Of a stretch of 64,000 nucleotides of DNA, positions 53,671-64,000 are shown piece after piece. The notes under the pieces were generated by a model. The model saw only the letters and a program-made list of their open reading frames with translations, was not told the origin of the DNA and did no database searches. Made by a program: the position numbers and the translations under genes. The stretch is taken from NCBI GenBank assembly GCA_964016885.1, contig OZ024740.1:354020001-354084000 (forward strand), read 5' to 3'. How positions within the stretch are numbered: the stretch's first letter is position 1; every line of letters starts with the position of its first letter. The stretch is from Eledone cirrhosa. Taxonomy: Eukaryota.

Positions 53671-55086
53671 TCTGCGCAAATTACAGATATCGTGGGGCTA
53701 TTCATAGCACACAACCTACATAAGGAATTCAGTAACCTCCAAGGAGGAATTTATAGGGACGACACGTTACTTATAGCTAGGAACCTAAACAACCAGAGCA
53801 TGGAAAGACTAAGGAAAAATATTAGAATATTCTTCAAAAAACTAGGCCTAAGTATTACCTACGAACTAAACCATAAGAAGATAAATTTTCTAGATGTAAC
53901 TCTAAATCTAAATACTGGATTAATAGAACCTTTCCACAAAAATAATGAAAATCTTGCCTACATTAGTTACAACTCAAATCACCCCAAATCCATAATTAAA
54001 TCCATAGCACGTAGTATATCCCTCCGAATATCCCGCCTATCCTCAAACCTAGAAATCTTTAACGAGCATGCTGACTATTATAATGCAGCATTAAGTAGGG
54101 CCGGTCATAAAGATAAACTACAGTATATAGTGAATAAGGACAACATAAACAATCCTAGTAATTTCTACTCCAACCGCTCACATAATAATAGGAATAGCTT
54201 AACTAGACATAGGATTAGACATGTAACACCTAGAGTAAACGGCCAAAACACTAATAACGTAAACCCTAGAAACAATAGAAGAAACAGACAAAGAAAATAC
54301 CTATGGTTCAACCCAATATTCAACTCCTCTATAAAAACTAGACTGCCCTCTATATTCTTTAAACTAATAGATAAACACTTCCCTATCTCGCATAGATATC
54401 ACAAAATACTCAATAGATCTACTATAAAACTCTCTTTCTCAACAGCAGCTAACATAGAATCACACATACGCAAGATCAACCGCAGAAATATCTCAAGTAA
54501 ATCAATTGCACCTATACATAAGCACAAACTCATCACAACATCACAACCACAAGCGCATACAAACGCGCAGCAGCAAAACCCCATTGGGCATATATCACAA
54601 CCCACTTATAACAGGGTACTAAATAGGAATGTAAAAGCTGCACATAATAGCGCCTCAAACTGCAACTGTCACCTCCCAGATAGGTGCCCATTGGCGAATA
54701 GATGTCTCGATTCGAGCCTGGTGTACATGTGCACTGTCATCTCGGGTAACTCCACTTGGAATTACATAGGATCCACCGCGGGTTCTTTTAAGAAAAGATG
54801 GTATGTGCACAGGCACTCGATGAAAAACCGAGCTCTTATGGGTTCCACCACCCTCGCCAGAAAAATATGGGAATTGAAGGACAGCAACGCTAGCTACACT
54901 ATCAACTGGTCGAAGTTGTCGGCTGCTAAAACCTATAGTACAGGTATGTCCTATTGCGGGCTGTGTGATCTTGAGCTATTGTATATCCTTAGAAATGTTA
55001 AGAGGCTACTTAATAATAAGTTAGAAAGATCTATCTTCTGCAGACATAGAATAGCCACTAAATTCATAAGATTCAAACCTCCGTGA
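53671..55086 (+). CDS. Naiad RT (C-terminal part) plus GIY-YIG endonuclease, open but 5'-truncated
   Basis: IYRDD, FLDVTL, SNHP, CNC..CP..C, VY..YIG, CGLC, CRH. Confidence 0.88.
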   Translation, partial: SAQITDIVGLFIAHNLHKEFSNLQGGIYRDDTLLIARNLNNQSMERLRKNIRIFFKKLGLSITYELNHKKINFLDVTLNLNTGLIEPFHKNNENLAYISYNSNHPKSIIKSIARSISLRISRLSSNLEIFNEHADYYNAALSRAGHKDKLQYIVNKDNINNPSNFYSNRSHNNRNSLTRHRIRHVTPRVNGQNTNNVNPRNNRRNRQRKYLWFNPIFNSSIKTRLPSIFFKLIDKHFPISHRYHKILNRSTIKLSFSTAANIESHIRKINRRNISSKSIAPIHKHKLITTSQPQAHTNAQQQNPIGHISQPTYNRVLNRNVKAAHNSASNCNCHLPDRCPLANRCLDSSLVYMCTVISGNSTWNYIGSTAGSFKKRWYVHRHSMKNRALMGSTTLARKIWELKDSNASYTINWSKLSAAKTYSTGMSYCGLCDLELLYILRNVKRLLNNKLERSIFCRHRIATKFIRFKPP

Positions 55087-55421
55087 ATCGAACCAACATA
55101 ACATAGCTTTAAATTAGGATACCTACTACCCACAAAAAAATATATTCATTAAGTATACTATTTCCTTCACAAGTCTATACCACACAATAGTCTGTAAATA
55201 CCTCATCTACCAACAATCTTACTCCTTCTCAGCTGCTGCAATCATTTGATCCTAGATCCTAGTTTTTCTCATTTCACTACTACAATGTTACTTTACCTTC
55301 TTTTTGCCATATTACAATTAGCACGCTTTTCTCTTTGCATGTATGTATATTTTTGTGCGAGTGTATATTAGTGTGTATGTATGTGTCTATGTACACATAT
55401 ATGTGTATATGTATTTATATT

Positions 55422-55481
<60 letters not shown>

Positions 55482-55841
55482 CGCGCGCAGATATATGCGT
55501 ATATTAATTCGTTAACCTCTGTATAAACTCTACAACTATTGAGCTTTGACAGTGGTCCCACTCATGTATACGGTTGAAGATGAAGAGAAAGACTGTAAAA
55601 AATAGCTTATCTTTATAATTTAAAATTGATACACACTACGATACTTTTTGCCTTATGACAGCTGGTTTTCACGCCGTAACATTAGATACATTATATACCC
55701 CCCACCTAAGTAATGTCAGGGTCTCCTTAAATAGTTTATTGATAGCATTGTTGTAATAATTGTTGTTGTTATTGTTCTAATTGAATGCCATAACTACTCC
55801 ATATTTTCTTTTATTTTCTTGCCTGTGTATTTTCTTCATTC

Positions 55842-55960
55842 TCGCATGCTCCGAAGATCTGACTGGTTATAATTCTGTATTGGCGATCGAGTGACGCAAA
55901 ATTAGGCGGATAGCGATCTCTAGACAGATCAGTTCAGTGAAACAAATGTAAGCTATGTGA
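55842..55960 (+). ncRNA. Type I hammerhead ribozyme, CCGAAGA core variant
   Basis: Helix I TCGCAT-GCT / AGC-T-ATGTGA, CCGAAGA (55851-55857), helix II CTGACTG / CAGTTCAG, GAAAC-AAAT-GTA. Confidence 0.7.
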
Positions 55961-56179
55961 TTAAAAACTTTTTTGTATAGCAAACCATGTAAACCTTCTT
56001 TCCTGATTTATTATTACTCCAAGTGTTTACAACATAGGAACTACAGCATACCCGCAGCATCACTATGAAAACGCCTTGTTGAGTCAAACCAAGCCAAGCG
56101 TTAATATCATCCACTACCTGGAATACCATAACTGGACTTCACCTAAGTGGACTGCATTTAACTATTATTTGTTAATCCG

Positions 56180-59307
<3,128 letters not shown>

Positions 59308-59855
59308 GGTGGCTGCCAACTCGTTTTCGAGTACGGCCACTACTTTATATCCATGTAGGAGAACCCCTACCGATGCGCTGAACGAGTGTGACTTTTGAGT
59401 CCATCCAGCGACTTGAAAACTCTGGTACAAACACTACACTTGTGACAATTATTGACACATAGTGCTGGGCCCATGGTGCCATGTGACAAGTGCAGAGAGA
59501 TCTCCAGATATAAAGCAATGCCTGTGCCATGAAGCTTTTATAGTGAGCAAAGGCATTGCACAGAGCCAGTCCCACTCTCTTAACCAAGATGATATTTACC
59601 AAAAAGTAAAACAAGTCAACATCATTGGATACCATCAGGGTTGCAGGTGTTATATCAGAGTTTTCCTTCTCCTAGAATTCTGCCTTGACAAAGGCTAATG
59701 GGTCATCTCTCCCGGTGATTTTGGATGGCCATTGACTCTTAAGAGCTCCTTTGCCCTTTGACAGGTTTTGTTTTTAGTCCTGCAGGATGTCCAAAGTCAC
59801 CCTCCTCACCAAGAAACCTTGGTGGGGTTGCCAGTTTAGTCGCCAACGACCCGAC
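59308..59855 (-). mobile_element. Probable LINE 5' relic between microsatellites
   Basis: CTGGCAACCCCACC motif resembles RTE-type 5' regions. No intact ORF. Confidence 0.35.

Positions 59856-64000
<4,145 letters not shown>

Larger units (their letters stand above)
52979..56010 (+). mobile_element. Naiad-type Penelope-like element, 5'-truncated, with about 600-bp inverted pseudo-LTRs
   Basis: 52979-~53595 is the reverse complement of ~55412-56010. Confidence 0.9.

Overview
AT-rich, repeat-dominated animal genomic DNA. It is not prokaryotic: no operons, rRNA or CRISPR were found. The SINE families and huge (TA)n arrays suggest a cephalopod such as Octopus (inference). Host genes are two convergent two-exon GT31 (beta-1,3-galactosyltransferase-like) paralogs and the first coding exon of a secreted PAN/Apple-domain protein. 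The GT31 paralogs have an N-terminal signal-like exon, a C-terminal hydrophobic segment and altered DxD motifs. The rest is transposons: a young Ty3/Gypsy element nested in an older LTR relic, Tigger, hAT/Buster, mariner, two Helitrons, RTE, L1/Tx1, CRE and Hero-like LINE relics, tRNA-SINEs and several Penelope-like elements. The Penelope pseudo-LTRs carry recognisable hammerhead ribozymes of at least three variants, one present on both strands. The most notable observations are the atypical GT31 pair with a likely gene-conversion tract and the non-canonical hammerheads. Everything was read by eye; no searches or folding programs were run.
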